DNA of 63,964 nt, filler included, from Collodictyon triciliatum (taxonomy: Eukaryota): NCBI GenBank assembly GCA_043381765.1. It is 29 parts of 29 records of this genome, joined end to end, with 100 filler letters (N's around TTAATTAATTAA, not from the genome) between each part and the next. Parts side by side here need not be neighbours in the genome. Positions count along the whole stretch, not along the records: positions 1 to 2,149 come from JBHJMP010009410.1; positions 2,250 to 4,427 come from JBHJMP010009411.1; positions 4,528 to 6,676 come from JBHJMP010009412.1; positions 6,777 to 8,924 come from JBHJMP010009413.1; positions 9,025 to 11,172 come from JBHJMP010009414.1; positions 11,273 to 13,419 come from JBHJMP010009415.1; positions 13,520 to 15,665 come from JBHJMP010009416.1; 22 more parts are not named here. The stretch is one strand, 5' to 3'. The notes under the pieces are model-generated. The model was not told the origin of the DNA and ran no database searches. It was given only the letters and a program-made list of their open reading frames with translations. A program made the position numbers and the translations under genes. Position 1 is the first letter of the stretch. The number at the start of each line of letters is the position of its first letter. Below are positions 1 through 13,671 of this stretch, piece by piece.

Positions 1-1961
1 TCTGCAGATGAGACATAGGCTAATCGTCAAGCACAATGCCGAAGCAGCTCCAAAGGCCAGGACTACCACCCTCATCTCTTCATCTTGCGAGGTACCCATA
101 GCACTATCTAGAAGGATAAAAAAAATGGCATATTGATCAAATTACATTTTGCACTCCTTTTTCAAATTGAAAAGCCATTATTCGAACACGCAGAAATAAA
201 TCTTACAACTGTGTGTCTTGGATTCTGATGCTTTTTGACGAAAAAAAATTGTAATCCAAATGGAATGATTAATTGCCAGTATTTTATTAAAACATCATGA
301 GCCAATCGTTTAATGAAGAATATTTACTATAATTTTCTCAAAAATTCTTACCCATTATCGAGTTGGAATATGACGAAGATGCTGCAAGAGAATGCGCAAT
401 TTAATGTTTTGGTGACAATAATTAAGGTAAATTTATAGAATACATAGTAAACCTAATTAATATTGATAACCCTTGAGTACCTGTCTTGTATATTGTTTCT
501 ATGAAAGAAAAATCATTCAATTAAAAAAATAGATAGTACGCATGTATTCAAAAAAACACCATACAAAATTAAAGTCTTCAAATAGAAAAAAAACAATCTA
601 ATTGATTGTACCTGTTTGCGGGGGGTGCGACTCTGTTGGAAGCTGAGAGTCTGCAGATTATGTCGATTAGAATTTAAATAAATGACAATGCGACTATGAA
701 AGCCAAGTTCTACATTTAACTTCAACCTTGCGGATTTATTAAGAAAAAAAAGGCTTTGTGCTTATATATTATTTACAACAGCTAGTACTAAAATATTACA
801 TGTGAACTCAAATGGGTTCAAGTCGACCACTAATTTGTACGTACTATCTATCAAGTCATGATACTTTATCAATCTGAATCGCGCATCGTCGCTAATTACT
901 ACAGAATTTCCTGACGAATTTGATATTTCAACCCAACTTGAACCATCAAAGTTGAATGACCAAACTGTCCCCTTATCTGAAATATCCAAGTACATTCCAG
1001 AAAGAGATAAGACATATCCCAGATCAGAGCTTCCTTGATAACCATTCGGTCTTACCAAACTGTACAGCTTCCACTCATTTGACGTGATTGTGTACATATG
1101 CACCGCCCCATAATGTTCCCCTATTGATGTTTGGAAAGGGGCGGACAATGCCAAAAAGTTGTCAAACAAGGACACATAATTACCAAAGTAATATCCAACT
1201 TCGCTGGGTGCCCCTCCCGTCAATGTCTGGACGTGCTGCCAGTTCTGTTGAAACGTGTAAACATAGACTTCACCGTAGATATTTCCATACTCTGCTCCTG
1301 GGGCACCAATCACCAACCAAGAGTGGTTGATAATCACGGAATACCCGAAGGTGCGGGGATGTTTCTCTGGAGGGGATATTACTTCAAGAAACTGCCAATC
1401 CCCGGCTGTAAAAATATAATTGAATACAACACCAGCAAAGTTCATATCTGAATTATGATAAGGAGCTGCGATGGAGATATACCGCTCATGAATGCACAAT
1501 TTGAAGCCGAAATAATTTGCCCATAGTTTGTCATTGTAGAAGCTCTTCGCCTCGACCCACTTGGAATCGTGTCTGTGGAATAGATATGCTGCACCTCTTT
1601 TCTGAAAGTTGTGATAGCTCTGAAAAGGACAGCCAACGAGAATCCAGTCTGCATAGACACTCAAGTTAATACCACAAAAAGAGCCTGACTCGACCAATGA
1701 AGGTGTCAGCGACACGTCGTGAACCCATTCGGCACCTTTGTGCGTGTAGACGTAGACAGCCCCGGCGTTTCTCAGCCCCGTCAAGATGACTCCGTTTGTC
1801 CCCACAGCCATCGTATCCTTGTGAATGCTTATCGACCCCGGGTATTGCACACCCCAAAGCTCGTCATCGAATACCATGATATCTTGTCGCACCCAAGGAT
1901 CGCCGCATGTAAATCCCTTGTATACCGCCAGGAAGATCACTACGAGGCGTGAAACAATCAT
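1..1961 (-). CDS. FG-GAP repeat beta-propeller surface protein with signal peptide and probable C-terminal TM helix (spliced, 3' truncated)
   Basis: ORF 762-1961 begins with a signal-like MIVSRLVVIFLAVYKGFTCG and has repeats such as FGYSV...LVIGAPG...GEVYVY, FGNYVS...LALSAP...GAVHMY and AGAVYVY. Probable exons follow at about 612-727 and 1-107, the last reading EEMRVVVLAFGAASALCLTISLCLICR (TM-like). Confidence 0.8.
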
Positions 1962-2064
1962 CCCTGGGCCTGCCGTTGATGAGTTACATACGCGCCGGTT
2001 GGAGGAGTTTCAATACATGGGGTGTGCGGCAAAAGCCTGTCACCTTCTTTATAGCCTCTCCTTT

Positions 2065-2112
<48 letters not shown>

Positions 2113-2149
2113 TTTTTTTTTTTTTTAATACTTTTTTTTTCTTCTTTTT

Positions 2150-2249
2150 NNNNNNNNNNNNNNNNNNNNNNNNNNNNNNNNNNNNNNNNNNNNTTAATTA
2201 ATTAANNNNNNNNNNNNNNNNNNNNNNNNNNNNNNNNNNNNNNNNNNNN
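2150..2249. other. Artificial contig linker (N-run, TTAATTAATTAA, N-run); 28 copies across the window, about every 2.25 kb
   Basis: The same 12-mer, which has stops in all six frames, sits inside N-runs at about 2194, 4472, 6721, 8969, 11217, 13464 and so on to 62798. Fragment lengths are near-uniform (about 2140-2180 nt). Confidence 0.99.
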
Positions 2250-2903
2250 CATGGTGGGGAATAAATGTGGCTCTCCATGCCTCCGTAAGTGGCTGCGACT
2301 AATATGAAGCGCTGATGGTGCGGAGAAGGGGTCGTTTAGAGGAATCCATCTATTCGGCTCTAGCACATCTATGAATTGTACAAGCTTATCAGAACATATT
2401 AGAAGAAAAAAAGAAGCAAGAGCTCGTCGATGCATTTGTTTCCATCACTTTCGACGAGGGAGTTCCGTTCTTATTAGTATTTTCATTTGAGTCTTTTCTA
2501 TATATATCACGATGCTATACCGTTTTCATGTGGTGTCTGGGAATAAGTCGGCTGAGAAAAAAAATCTTGGCCAGGATTCGAGCTGGATGTCGCTAAATCC
2601 TCGAGGGGTTGTGAGGTTACTCTTCGTGACGAAAACCGAGATCGATGAGGAGTTCCGCTTGCAGGAGTTCGCCTTTGGCGCGGTCTGGGAATTGCATCTA
2701 CTTTAAATAAATAAATTAATTAATAAATTCTTTCACAACCAACGCTTCCAGTTTAATAATAATTCAGTTTATGTAATGTATATAAAGAAGGAAGAATCAT
2801 AACATTGAAAGCGAGACTGCCAAGATAAATGATGAGTACATATTTTTGAATTATTCCTCATATGAGTTACGCAAACCAGAAAAGAGGCCAAAAAAATCTG
2901 GCA

Positions 2904-4063
2904 TTAATCGCTCGCTTCTTGAACTTTGAGATTCTGGTATTTTCCATTCCCCTTTATATTTTTCTCGACACATAGGGCATTCATACTACAATGTAATTAA
3001 TTGGTGCACGTAAAGTCAAATAGTATGGATGTCTCAAAATCAATTCATCTTGAAGGAAGATCTATTATTTTGAAGTGATGTACATATTTATCTATCAAGT
3101 ATACATGTATTAAAGTGCTCAGTTACCTGAGGCTGTAACTCTCGAAGTTTGGAGTTGAAATAATGACCCAAACAGGAGAAATGGTAAAAATGTCGGCACG
3201 GCAGACGTACAATGGCTTCTTCAGGTTTTAGTGAATCAAAACAAATGACACACTCAGTTTCCCAGGGAATCGTATCGTTTTGATTATCGGTCTGCATAAA
3301 TTGTTCGACTGTCTCCAGTTTTCGTTTCTTAGGCTCTTCAAACGAAAATAGACGCTCAAGAAGACTTGACGGCCGAAAGGGAAGAGGCTCGTCAATCTCG
3401 ACCTATTGTAGCGACATAATTCCGTTTTCTGAAATTCAGAGTGGTTGGTCTCTAAAACAAAATAATTAAATGCTTCTATAACCTCTGAGGAATCATCAGA
3501 GTCAACATTGATGTGATGCCTTTTGGACTCTACAAATTCAACAGAGTCAGTGTCGTCACTGTACACAGTGTGCACACCTAGCGACTCTGGTATTAACTCA
3601 TCGGCACATAAAAATGAATCTAATGGTTTGAAGAAAAGTCAAGCGTTGCATACAATTCAATCCGAAGAAAATGAACATTCATATATTCCACGGCGCGGCC
3701 GACAGGATGAACAAATACATATCTATATTCCTCACAGGAATGAATTTCTTTTTTTCTTTTTCCATCTTTTTTAATGACTCTAGGAATATGGTGCGTCGAT
3801 AATGAACAGGAGATCATAATAGAAAACGACGATAGGTACTGAGCGTGATAGTGAGCGGACATACCTTCTCCCAACAATGGTTCGTGGTAAAAACTGTTTT
3901 CTTTGGGAGGTCTCACCCCGTCTTGCTCAAGTGATGGAGGAGAGATTTCGTTCAGCGTCTTGGATGTAACTCTTGCCTCCTCTGGTTGGACTCCGGTTAC
4001 ATTCTCTGTGTTTGTCGTAGCTTCTTCTTGACTAGGCCATGGGTTTTCTTGATTGAGTGACAT
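2904..4063 (-). CDS. RING-H2 finger protein (putative E3 ubiquitin ligase), multi-exon
   Basis: Spliced motif CVICFDSL...RLPCRHFYHFSCLGHYF...|YECPMCRE ending in TAA at 2904. The acidic, low-complexity N-terminus starts MSLNQENPW at 4063. GT-AG introns keep the frame. Confidence 0.88.
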
Positions 4064-4599
4064 CGTACTATGCAGACCTATCTGGAAAAGAAAAAGATAA
4101 CCTGTTGAGAAGAGATCTATTAAGTGTACACAATATGGGTCTATAGATCTCTGAGACTGCCCACGCTCTATGCTATGCCTAGACCCAACGCAAGGTCCAA
4201 TCACCCTGCCCCACATTCATAGTCACTGTCATATCTTGAGCAGGAGAATAGTAAGTTGTCTTAACCGACACGAATCCTCTGACATAAAACGTAGCATAGG
4301 CTTACGAGATTAGAGGGGAACAGAATAAAAAGAATAAAAAGAAAGAATAAAAAGAAAGAATAAAAAGAAAGAATAAAAAGAAAGAATAAAAAGAAAGAAT
4401 AAAAAGAAAGAATAAAAAGAAAGAATANNNNNNNNNNNNNNNNNNNNNNNNNNNNNNNNNNNNNNNNNNNNTTAATTAATTAANNNNNNNNNNNNNNNNN
4501 NNNNNNNNNNNNNNNNNNNNNNNNNNNTACTCGATAATATAATAATGTATCTATTTTTCTCTGGAAACATACTAAATGAAAAAAAATTATCCCCATAGA

Positions 4600-6530
4600 T
4601 CAACTGGCGATGACCCGTCTTTTCCTAGGAATCACATCAAAGTGTTTTCGATTCAGAAGGGAGACTATGTAGAAAGAATCAGATTCGAGACCGAAATATA
4701 TTCTGTTTGTACGACAACCAAGTACATGTTTGTTGTAAGTATCTTTCTCCTACACAAGCGATTTCTCTTGATTGATTTTTTTTTCAAAAAAAAAAACTCG
4801 TGCCTGGCCTTTTAGGTCTCATATTGAATATAAAAAATACATAGAGCTTGAAAGACAAAATACATGGGATTTCTATGGAAAGTTTCAAATCGGTTATATC
4901 GTTCCCGTGTTATCCAAATATCCCTCCGTCCCTTCATGATACTGCTATGCCTGCCAGGGGTGTTTTTGCGATATCGACAAAATGGATAGGTACGAGAAGC
5001 ATGTTTGATGTTATTTCCCTGTTTTATTTTGAACAATATAAATATCTAATCCATGACAAAAATAAATGACTCTGGGGGTATTCTGGTTTTTAGAAACGAG
5101 GAGAAGGATTCATAAATACTATGCTGCTTAATTGGCTCACTTGTATTTTTTCTCCTCTAATAGCATATGCATCCACGACATCGGCAACGAAACACAGAGA
5201 CATGAATCATGAAAGCGATGCAATATATTCGCTTGCAAAAGATTTTGCCAATGGAATATATGCTCTCGGTGATATGGGCGCTAGAAAAGTAAACAGTATT
5301 CTCATGAAAGAACCTGTAGTACAAGTGGCACAGTCGCCTGAGCTAACGCACGTCTCTCGCATGGAGGCTAATTCTGGAATAGTATGCTTCATGTCGTCGA
5401 AAACTTAGCTTATTTCTGTCTCTCATGACATTATTATTTTTTTTGAATAGAATAATATTGACCTACTTTCATACCTCCTATAGACCTCTTAAATCAAAGT
5501 AATACATCATGCAGAGCTCTGGATTCTAATGACTGCATTTTTTGTTTTGTTTTGGTACGTTTCCTATTTCTTTTTTTTTTTTATTTATTTTCTCCTTCAG
5601 GTGATTATTCGTGATATGGAAACGCAGGAAATCATCGCACACTTTGCAGCTCATGAAAAGCCATTAAGCTTGTTAAAATTCAACCCAAGTGGGACCCTGG
5701 TAATATATTTGCACTCTTGCAATCAGTTCTCTTCGTTCAAAGGAAATTGATATGCTTTTGAAACTATATTGACTCGCACAAATACTCTCATCACTTCCTT
5801 TAAAAATCACACAACTTGGCGTATGTTCACCTCTTTCTATCTTAAAAAAATAACTGGTGATTTATCCATAGTTGGCTACTGCGTCTGTCTCTGGGAACCA
5901 CATCAATATTTTTAAAATTAATCCGGGAAATGCATTGAGCTCAGCCCATCACTTGTATAGATTTTCTCGTGGTATGATATCTGCTCAAATTCATGTAAGT
6001 AAAATGCAATCATGGACCTTTAAATTCTGCTAAACGATATGGAATAATTAACTCAAAAAAAAAAAAAGCCATACCTCATTCTGATTTGTCTCAGTGATGA
6101 TTTCTTCCACTTGGTTTTCTTTTTTCTGGGCCTCCTCAATCCTTTTTTTTTTATTTGACACGTTATCCTTTCCTTTTTCCCTTCTTTCATTGTAATTTGA
6201 TTCCTCTAGATTATGCTGATACATTCTATGAACTGATATACATAGGATGTATCATTCAGCGCTGACAGCAAATGGCTGACTGTCCTCTCTACTAGAGGAA
6301 CCGCCCGTAAGTTTATGTCAACTTGCACTTCCCTGTTCATATATGCACACGATGGTTATGATGTACTGGGCCGCTCTACGTAACAATAAATGTAATCCGT
6401 CATCTACATATACGTAGTGATGCCGTCTACTCAATTTTCCATGGTTTTCTCATTTGCAGATATTTTCGGTCTTAATCCTCAAGGAGAAGTAGCGACCCCC
6501 GAAAGTCATGTGAGGAATGAAAGTACGTGT
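4600..6530 (+). CDS. BCAS3 / plant ATG18f-h-like WD40 protein (internal exons)
   Basis: Exons join to give VIIRDMETQEIIAHFAAHEKPLSLLKFNPSGTL|LATASVSGNHINIFKI...HLYRFSRGMISAQIH|DVSFSADSKWLTVLSTRGTA|HIFGLNPQG, the characteristic BCAS3/ATG18 propeller segment. Confidence 0.85.
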
Positions 6531-6776
6531 CAATCAGTCCATCGAACGAAGGCTTGCCCCAAAACCAAATATAAACGTGTTATTTTTATTTTTAATAACC
6601 ACCAATTAACTAATCTTCCATGTATTCATCTAATAACTCCTAACCCAGCAGAGTCAAAAGTTGGACATTACAGACANNNNNNNNNNNNNNNNNNNNNNNN
6701 NNNNNNNNNNNNNNNNNNNNTTAATTAATTAANNNNNNNNNNNNNNNNNNNNNNNNNNNNNNNNNNNNNNNNNNNN

Positions 6777-6844
<68 letters not shown>

Positions 6845-6879
6845 CATCATCATCATTATCATTATCATTATCATTATCA

Positions 6880-6918
<39 letters not shown>

Positions 6919-7023
6919 CATCATCATTATCATTATCATTATCATTATCATTATCATTATTTATTACTTATTCAGCCCGGATATTGGGTCAGATGATGAC
7001 TAAAAAAAAAATAAAAAGGACAG

Positions 7024-7716
7024 CAGAAGACAAAAAGTGATGAACGAGAGGTTTCTTTCCCAATCTTCATCGAGACAAACAATACGATATTGGAGCTATT
7101 CCTGGGCACAGATGAAATTGGTGTACAAGCGAAGATTGTATCACAGACAGCAACTTTTGATATATGGATGGAGCAGATTCACTCCGATATTATCGACAAT
7201 TGGTTTGGTGCCTTATTTTTAGCACTCCCTTCAATTCTTATTTTGAGTATACACACATTTGTCAGCTTCAGGTTGGGAAAACTAAAGCGGCAAACGAATC
7301 TTGCAGTGGGAGCAAACACAAGATTTGATTCAAAGAATCAAAAACAACCAAGTGTATTTACGCGCGTTTGGCCAGTTCATTGTGTCTGGTGCTCAGAAAA
7401 ATGTACCCGCGGATTGTTTTGCAAGGCTTGTGGGGCCTTACTTGTGTTCCCAGATACGCAATATTCCAACATCGCTAGGACAAAGGCACATTCAATTCAA
7501 AAACGTTTGCAACAAGAGGCCGGCATAAACACAGCTACACATCACCTTTACGCATCCCATGAGGATGAGCAAATTAATCTGCCGTTGCCTTTTCAAAATT
7601 CGACATCTATGTTCACTCCTGAAGTTCTGAGACCAAGTATGGCAGATTGGCATCGATCCGAGCAAGTGAGAGAAGAGGAAGAGCTGCTGCTCTCGCGTTC
7701 TTGGGATCGAGATTGA
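7024..7716 (+). CDS. Terminal exon of an unknown membrane protein with a CxxC...CxxC zinc-ribbon-like motif
   Basis: Open frame of more than 200 codons with a TM-like segment (WFGALFLALPSILILSIHTFVSF) followed by HCVWCSEKCTRGLFCKACG. Ends in TGA. Confidence 0.6.
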   Translation, partial: QKTKSDEREVSFPIFIETNNTILELFLGTDEIGVQAKIVSQTATFDIWMEQIHSDIIDNWFGALFLALPSILILSIHTFVSFRLGKLKRQTNLAVGANTRFDSKNQKQPSVFTRVWPVHCVWCSEKCTRGLFCKACGALLVFPDTQYSNIARTKAHSIQKRLQQEAGINTATHHLYASHEDEQINLPLPFQNSTSMFTPEVLRPSMADWHRSEQVREEEELLLSRSWDRD

Positions 7717-8841
7717 AATCTAGCATACAGAATGGTTCTAGTACATACATTTTCAAAAGAAAGGAATTGAGATATAAAAAAAAATGACAGATAAAATTTT
7801 TACAAAATAAAGTCCTTGTCTGGGCTTCACTTGCCGCATCAATATCTAGTGTTCATGTCCTTGTAGCAAAACAAAAAAAAATCCTTTATTCTATCCAAAG
7901 TGAAACAAAACAAAATTAATATTGACAAACAACGACATGAGATGTCGCGCTTCATAGGTGTGAATATATATGATTTTGTTGGCTAGCGAACCAAAGCTAA
8001 CATCTCCATCATCCTGCACAAAATTGATAGATCAAAAAAAACTATGATATTGTTTTTTTTTTCTCTCTTTTATTTGATTCGGATTGCAACAGGGTTAAGA
8101 CATGCAAAGGATGAGTTAGGTGCGTATGGTATAGAGCAAACTTAACCAGTAGAAGCTGTGCAGGATGAAGATATTTTGGTTGTGTATTATTTTAGCGCAT
8201 AGCACAGCAGGTAGTTCACCAATGCACATTTTCACATGCACTTCTTGTTGTTGAACATTGGTTCACACAACGGCACTGTTTATTGATTTTTAAAATATTA
8301 CAATTCATTTATTTATAAATTCCACTAAAAGGAGAAATACTCGAATATTTTCTCCAGAACAATTTCCAAATATAAACATTTTTTTTATTAAATATCAATA
8401 AATAATCCTTTTCAAGATAATTTTTCACACCATGGGCAGCAGCAACAGGAAACATTCGTGGAATCCTTCCCGACGTGCTTCCAGGAGGCCAATGAGGAAT
8501 TTTTCGCAGAATCAAAAGATACACGCAACCAAACTAGCCCAACGACCTGTATAAATAGATTCCAGACAAGAACAACCGGCCGCAACCACACCCAACACAT
8601 GCGACGAATACACCAATTAAACTGATATCAAGAGAGGGCGGCAGACAAGCAGCTACATGACGCTAAAACCCGCTATCAACGCAAATGTCCGCGATAATTT
8701 CAACCTCTGGCTATGCCTGCAGCCGGGCAAATGAACACCAACCTCCTCAGCTGTGAAGGCACATAGTTTTGCCACCCAGTCGCATCATAACGACCGCCTT
8801 GTCTAGATCAAACCGCACCAATCAAGAGAAAAGAACCAGCC

Positions 8842-8924
8842 ATGAAGACCTACAAGCTTGTCATTGTCGGAGCCGGAGGTGTCGGAAAGAGTGCGCTTAC
8901 CGTCCAGTTTGTCCAGAATCTTTT
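8842..8924 (+). CDS. Ras/Rap-family small GTPase, N-terminus (cut by contig end; not in the ORF track)
   Basis: ATG at 8842 reads [27 protein letters not shown], the Ras-type P-loop [11 protein letters not shown]. Confidence 0.93.
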
Positions 8925-11337
8925 NNNNNNNNNNNNNNNNNNNNNNNNNNNNNNNNNNNNNNNNNNNNTTAATTAATTAANNNNNNNNNNNNNNNNNNNN
9001 NNNNNNNNNNNNNNNNNNNNNNNNTGTATTAATATTGCAAATCAATATGACGAAGGGAAAGTCTTGGAAAGGCTATTTTGAGTCTGAAATTCACATTTGT
9101 ATTATATAACATATTATGTATACCACAACATAAATGACTATTGATTAAAAATCAAGGAAAATAGCATGGCATGAATTTACAAACCAAATCAATTTATCCT
9201 TGAAAGAACAATTCCAACGTACGTCCGATATAAGTGAACTTCAAGGTCATTGGAAGAGGTAAAATATCCACTGAACAGACATAATATTGTAACGAAATTT
9301 GATTGAAAGATACTATGTATTTTTTTGTATAGAAAGAATGTTATCTTTAAAGTGGAACCATATTTTCTTCATAATGTTAATAGACAATATCATAATTTTT
9401 TTTGTGTGGCTTTAAACAACAAGTAAATATCCGACATTTTAAGTATTCGGTGCCTGCGTGCAAGTAACATTCTCCACTAATTTTACTAAAAGTCATCCTC
9501 TTTTGATCAATTTCAAACATTTCAACATCAAAGTCATTCCAAAAATATGAGGTAAAACTTTTCTGCACATTATTAAAGGTATCACAGCACGCTGGAAGAC
9601 ATGATTCAAATTAGTGCTGTGGAGCTCTGCAAAACCTGTTACTTCTTTTGCACAAGCACCTTTTAATTTCTGGTTATTTAGGATTCTTACCAGTGCATAA
9701 CCGCCCTCAATCAAATTGGAAGGGTGGTATATGATTCTTGAAGTATCGATTTTAATGAATGTGCTAGATAGTCTCAATAGTTTCAAAGTAGTCTGCTGCA
9801 GTTCTGTAAATATATGAATGAAACCCCGAGGGTGCTTCACCTTGATAGTTTGGGAGAAGCAAACTCATAAGCGGCCAGTGGATATATTCATTTACTGAAA
9901 CAGATGTAACGGTCAACTTCAACCGGATATGTCAAATGTCCAAGACATGAGGCTTTTACATGTTTAGCCATAAGAAAAAGTCTCTTTTGATTTACATGAA
10001 TAGAAAGTGGTGTGATGAAACCTGAATCAACGAAAGCACAGGGTTGTACCATGAAATCCTGAATATTCAGCCATGTCTTGCACATCTATAGGCCATATTG
10101 GTCTATTAAATGATCTTTCTCTCTAAACTCACACATTATTTTCATCAATGATGAACAATTAACAGAGTTCATTTTTTTGATTGAAAGTTTAAAATTTTAA
10201 TCAACGACATTGCTCACCGCACAGCCAATGGGCAGATATTTTTAAAGGAAGGGCATATTATGTCGGTCTATTCTTATGCATCTTACGCACCATGAACAGT
10301 ACAGTTGTCAACTGTAGATATGACATTACTGGAAGCATAATTTATTCACATGCCCTTTGGTGTTTTCGATGTTTTTAAGAGGATTGGTTACGAAAATTCT
10401 ATGCCAAAACATTTAGAAAAAAGGTGAGACTTTTATACAAATATATTATCTATCTCTTTGTTATTCTGTTTTAATTTAAGATTTTTTTGCAATGAAATAT
10501 AACAACGTTGGATAGAGCAAAAAAAACCTTTGCAAACATCGAGTTAAGCATAATGATAGAAAATTAATTTCTATCAGATACAATTGACAGCCAACAATAA
10601 TACAATCTCCATCAAGTACAATTGTCCCGGAAACGAAAATTGGAAGGATGAAGCCTTTCATATTGAATTTCCAGCCCCACAAAGGCAGTGAATTTACGAA
10701 ACTTCGACATTCAACCGACGTGCACAAAATATTTAATGCTAACAAGACAGCTATTAAAGCAAAATTAAAATCCGTAAGCTGTTCATGTTGGTTGAATATT
10801 GGGAATATGAATGTTACGGAATTTCATTGTCGGGCAAAGCACTTGTTGCTCAGAAACCAAAGTCTTGTCTAATTCAATCGAAAAGATCTCGTCAAGAATG
10901 GAATTAAGAAGTCAAAACAAAAAACACACATCGATAATTCATCAGTAACTTTCCACAAATGTCACAGTGATGTGGAAACAAAAACATGTAATCGAATAGA
11001 AATGCGATTTCTTTCACTTTTTAAGTCAGGATAATTTTAGAGCCGTTGGCCACAATTGTTAAGACCCCAAGTCTTTATATTCAAATCATTAACAGTTGTG
11101 CATACCACGACTAGGCGGCTCAAACAGTAGTGATGGGGCAATTTTTAATTCATTTCACCTTCTATAATTGTANNNNNNNNNNNNNNNNNNNNNNNNNNNN
11201 NNNNNNNNNNNNNNNNTTAATTAATTAANNNNNNNNNNNNNNNNNNNNNNNNNNNNNNNNNNNNNNNNNNNNTTCTTTTTTCTTTTTTCTTTTTTCTTTT
11301 TTCTTTTTTCTTTTTTCTTTTTTCTTTTCATTCTTAG

Positions 11338-13146
11338 CTCGCAGGTTTTTTCACCTTTTTTGTTTTGTCTATTGCTGTCGGGATTCCGAATATCGAAATC
11401 GGCCTCCCTTTCTCGATTGTAACGCCCAAAGGTTCATATGTATCAGAGTATTTCAAAATGCAAGAAGAGTACTTTCTAATTTGGAATGCAAATGTTGTTT
11501 TTCAAGACGTAGACCACGCGAATAACCAAGATATCATTCGTTCGGTTCAAGAAGATATGATGAAAGCCCCTTTCATCCAACAAGATCTTGCAATCAAGGA
11601 TATATCTTGGTTTAATTCATTTATAAGAGGAATAGTCCAAATTCATTATATGCTAAAAGGTATCATCCCAGACTCGCTGTTAATTCAAGATTCAGAACTA
11701 CCGAAGCAAATAGACCCACTTACGTATGCAAACTTGGAAGAAAACTATATAGTGCCTCCACGATGTTTTGATATTTATGCTTTAACTTTTTCGAAATCTA
11801 TTGGAGTGCCATATAGTTCGAACCTGGTGTTTGTGGATGGGAAATTGAGACACTCAAAACTGACAATGGTTTTTGTCGGTATGTCCACAACAGACGACTA
11901 CGTAAATTCAATCAAAAAATCGAGAGAAATTGCAGCAAGATACCCAATAGATGTGTATCCGTATGGATATCACTACGTATTTTGGCAGCAATATATCGGT
12001 CTTGCTGAAAATGTTGTTAAGTGTTTATCCATGGGTATAGGTACAGCTAGTCATATGTAACATTATTGGTTACTCATACATATATAATGTTGTTTATTTA
12101 TACCTTATAAATCACGATGCTTAAATTCACTAGATTAAAAATCTTCTTCAAAACAGGTATTTCAAGTGCCGCTTTACTGATACTCTCCCAGAACTTACGT
12201 ATAATTAAAAATCATTTTGATTGAATAAATATTCATAAGTAAAATCAAATTGAAAATGACCAAAGAACCGGATATAAATGATAATACACTTCAATAATTA
12301 TGAAATTAATCATCTACTCTAACAGGTGTATGGGCGATTGGCTCAATCGTGATAACAATGTCTGTCATAGAGATATATGGTCTCATGGGTTGGTCAAATA
12401 TGATGATGAATGCCGTCCCACTAGTGAATTTACTGATGGCGGTAAAATAATCATTATCAATTTCCAATATTTTACTTCTTTTCTATTTACGATTCAAAAT
12501 TTATGGCCAATATTGACATAAGGAACATAATATTGCTTCACAACTCTTGATATTTTTTAACCAAATATTCATCCTATATATGTATTGTTTGGGGATTTTG
12601 TTTTCTTTCATTTCCTTTCATTTTCTTTCATGTTACCAGCTGGTAAGAGGGTTTAAACTTTGCGTCTTATTAATTTTCTTGGGATGGCACTTTTAGATAG
12701 GTACCTCCACTCATTTCTGTCTTCATGTGTTGTTGCGTTTTGAAAATCTGGAAGGAGGTACAACTGAGAGAGCCCTGAAGTCCTTGAAAACTTTTCAGCC
12801 TCCCTTGACAGCAAGTCTCGTCACTTCTTTTCTAAGCGTTGTCCTCCTTTCTGGAGCAACTTTTGAATACTTCAAGGTGTATTATTTTGAAATGATTTGT
12901 GTGTCGGTCGCAATTTGCGCTGCAAATGGATTTGTTGTGTGTCCAATTCTTATGGTTGCGTTCACCCCTGCTGAAAAATACCCCAGCGAAACAATGATGA
13001 CTTCGTCTAAGATTCATCCCAGCGATGAATCAGCCCAATCCCAACCACGCATTGCTGCTACAGTTGAATTTCCAGACCCTGAGAAGGCCAATGTTTACGA
13101 CCATGAAAATATTCAACCAACACCCATCCAAGTTCAGGAAGTTTGA
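11338..13146 (+). CDS. NPC1/Patched-family (RND-type, sterol transport) membrane protein, C-terminal part
   Basis: VYPYGYHYVFWQQYIGL, MMNAVPLVNLLMA|IGTSTHFCLHV, ERALKSLKTFQPPL and ATFEYFKVYYFEM...AANGFVVCPIL match the layout of the NPC1 C-terminal TM bundle. Stop TGA at 13146. Confidence 0.85.
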
Positions 13147-13519
13147 CAGAAATATAAGCCGATACCAGATAACCTAAGTGGACGACTTCAGCTCGCTCAA
13201 TCCCTTCTGAGGATAACTACTGAATAATAAAATCATACCGAGGATACGACTCCTCATGAAAGATTCTTCAATTGTTGAGTCCTTCTGAACGATCATATGT
13301 CTTGTCTGTTGTAATTTGTTTTTGGTTTTTATTTGGTTTTTATTTGGTTTTTATTTGGTTTTTATTTGGTTTTTATTTGGTTTTTATTTGGTTTTTATTT
13401 GGTTTTTATTTGGTTTTTANNNNNNNNNNNNNNNNNNNNNNNNNNNNNNNNNNNNNNNNNNNNTTAATTAATTAANNNNNNNNNNNNNNNNNNNNNNNNN
13501 NNNNNNNNNNNNNNNNNNN

Positions 13520-13604
<85 letters not shown>

Positions 13605-13671
13605 ATATGGGTGCGAAGATGGCTTAATCACTCATCGGCCCTATGTAAAGAAAAATTAAACAAGTCCAACA

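Noticed and set aside
2194..2205. Regularly spaced TTAATTAATTAA as a biological motif
   Set aside because: It is always embedded in N-runs, so it is an artificial six-frame-stop linker. Gene neighbourhoods across it are meaningless.
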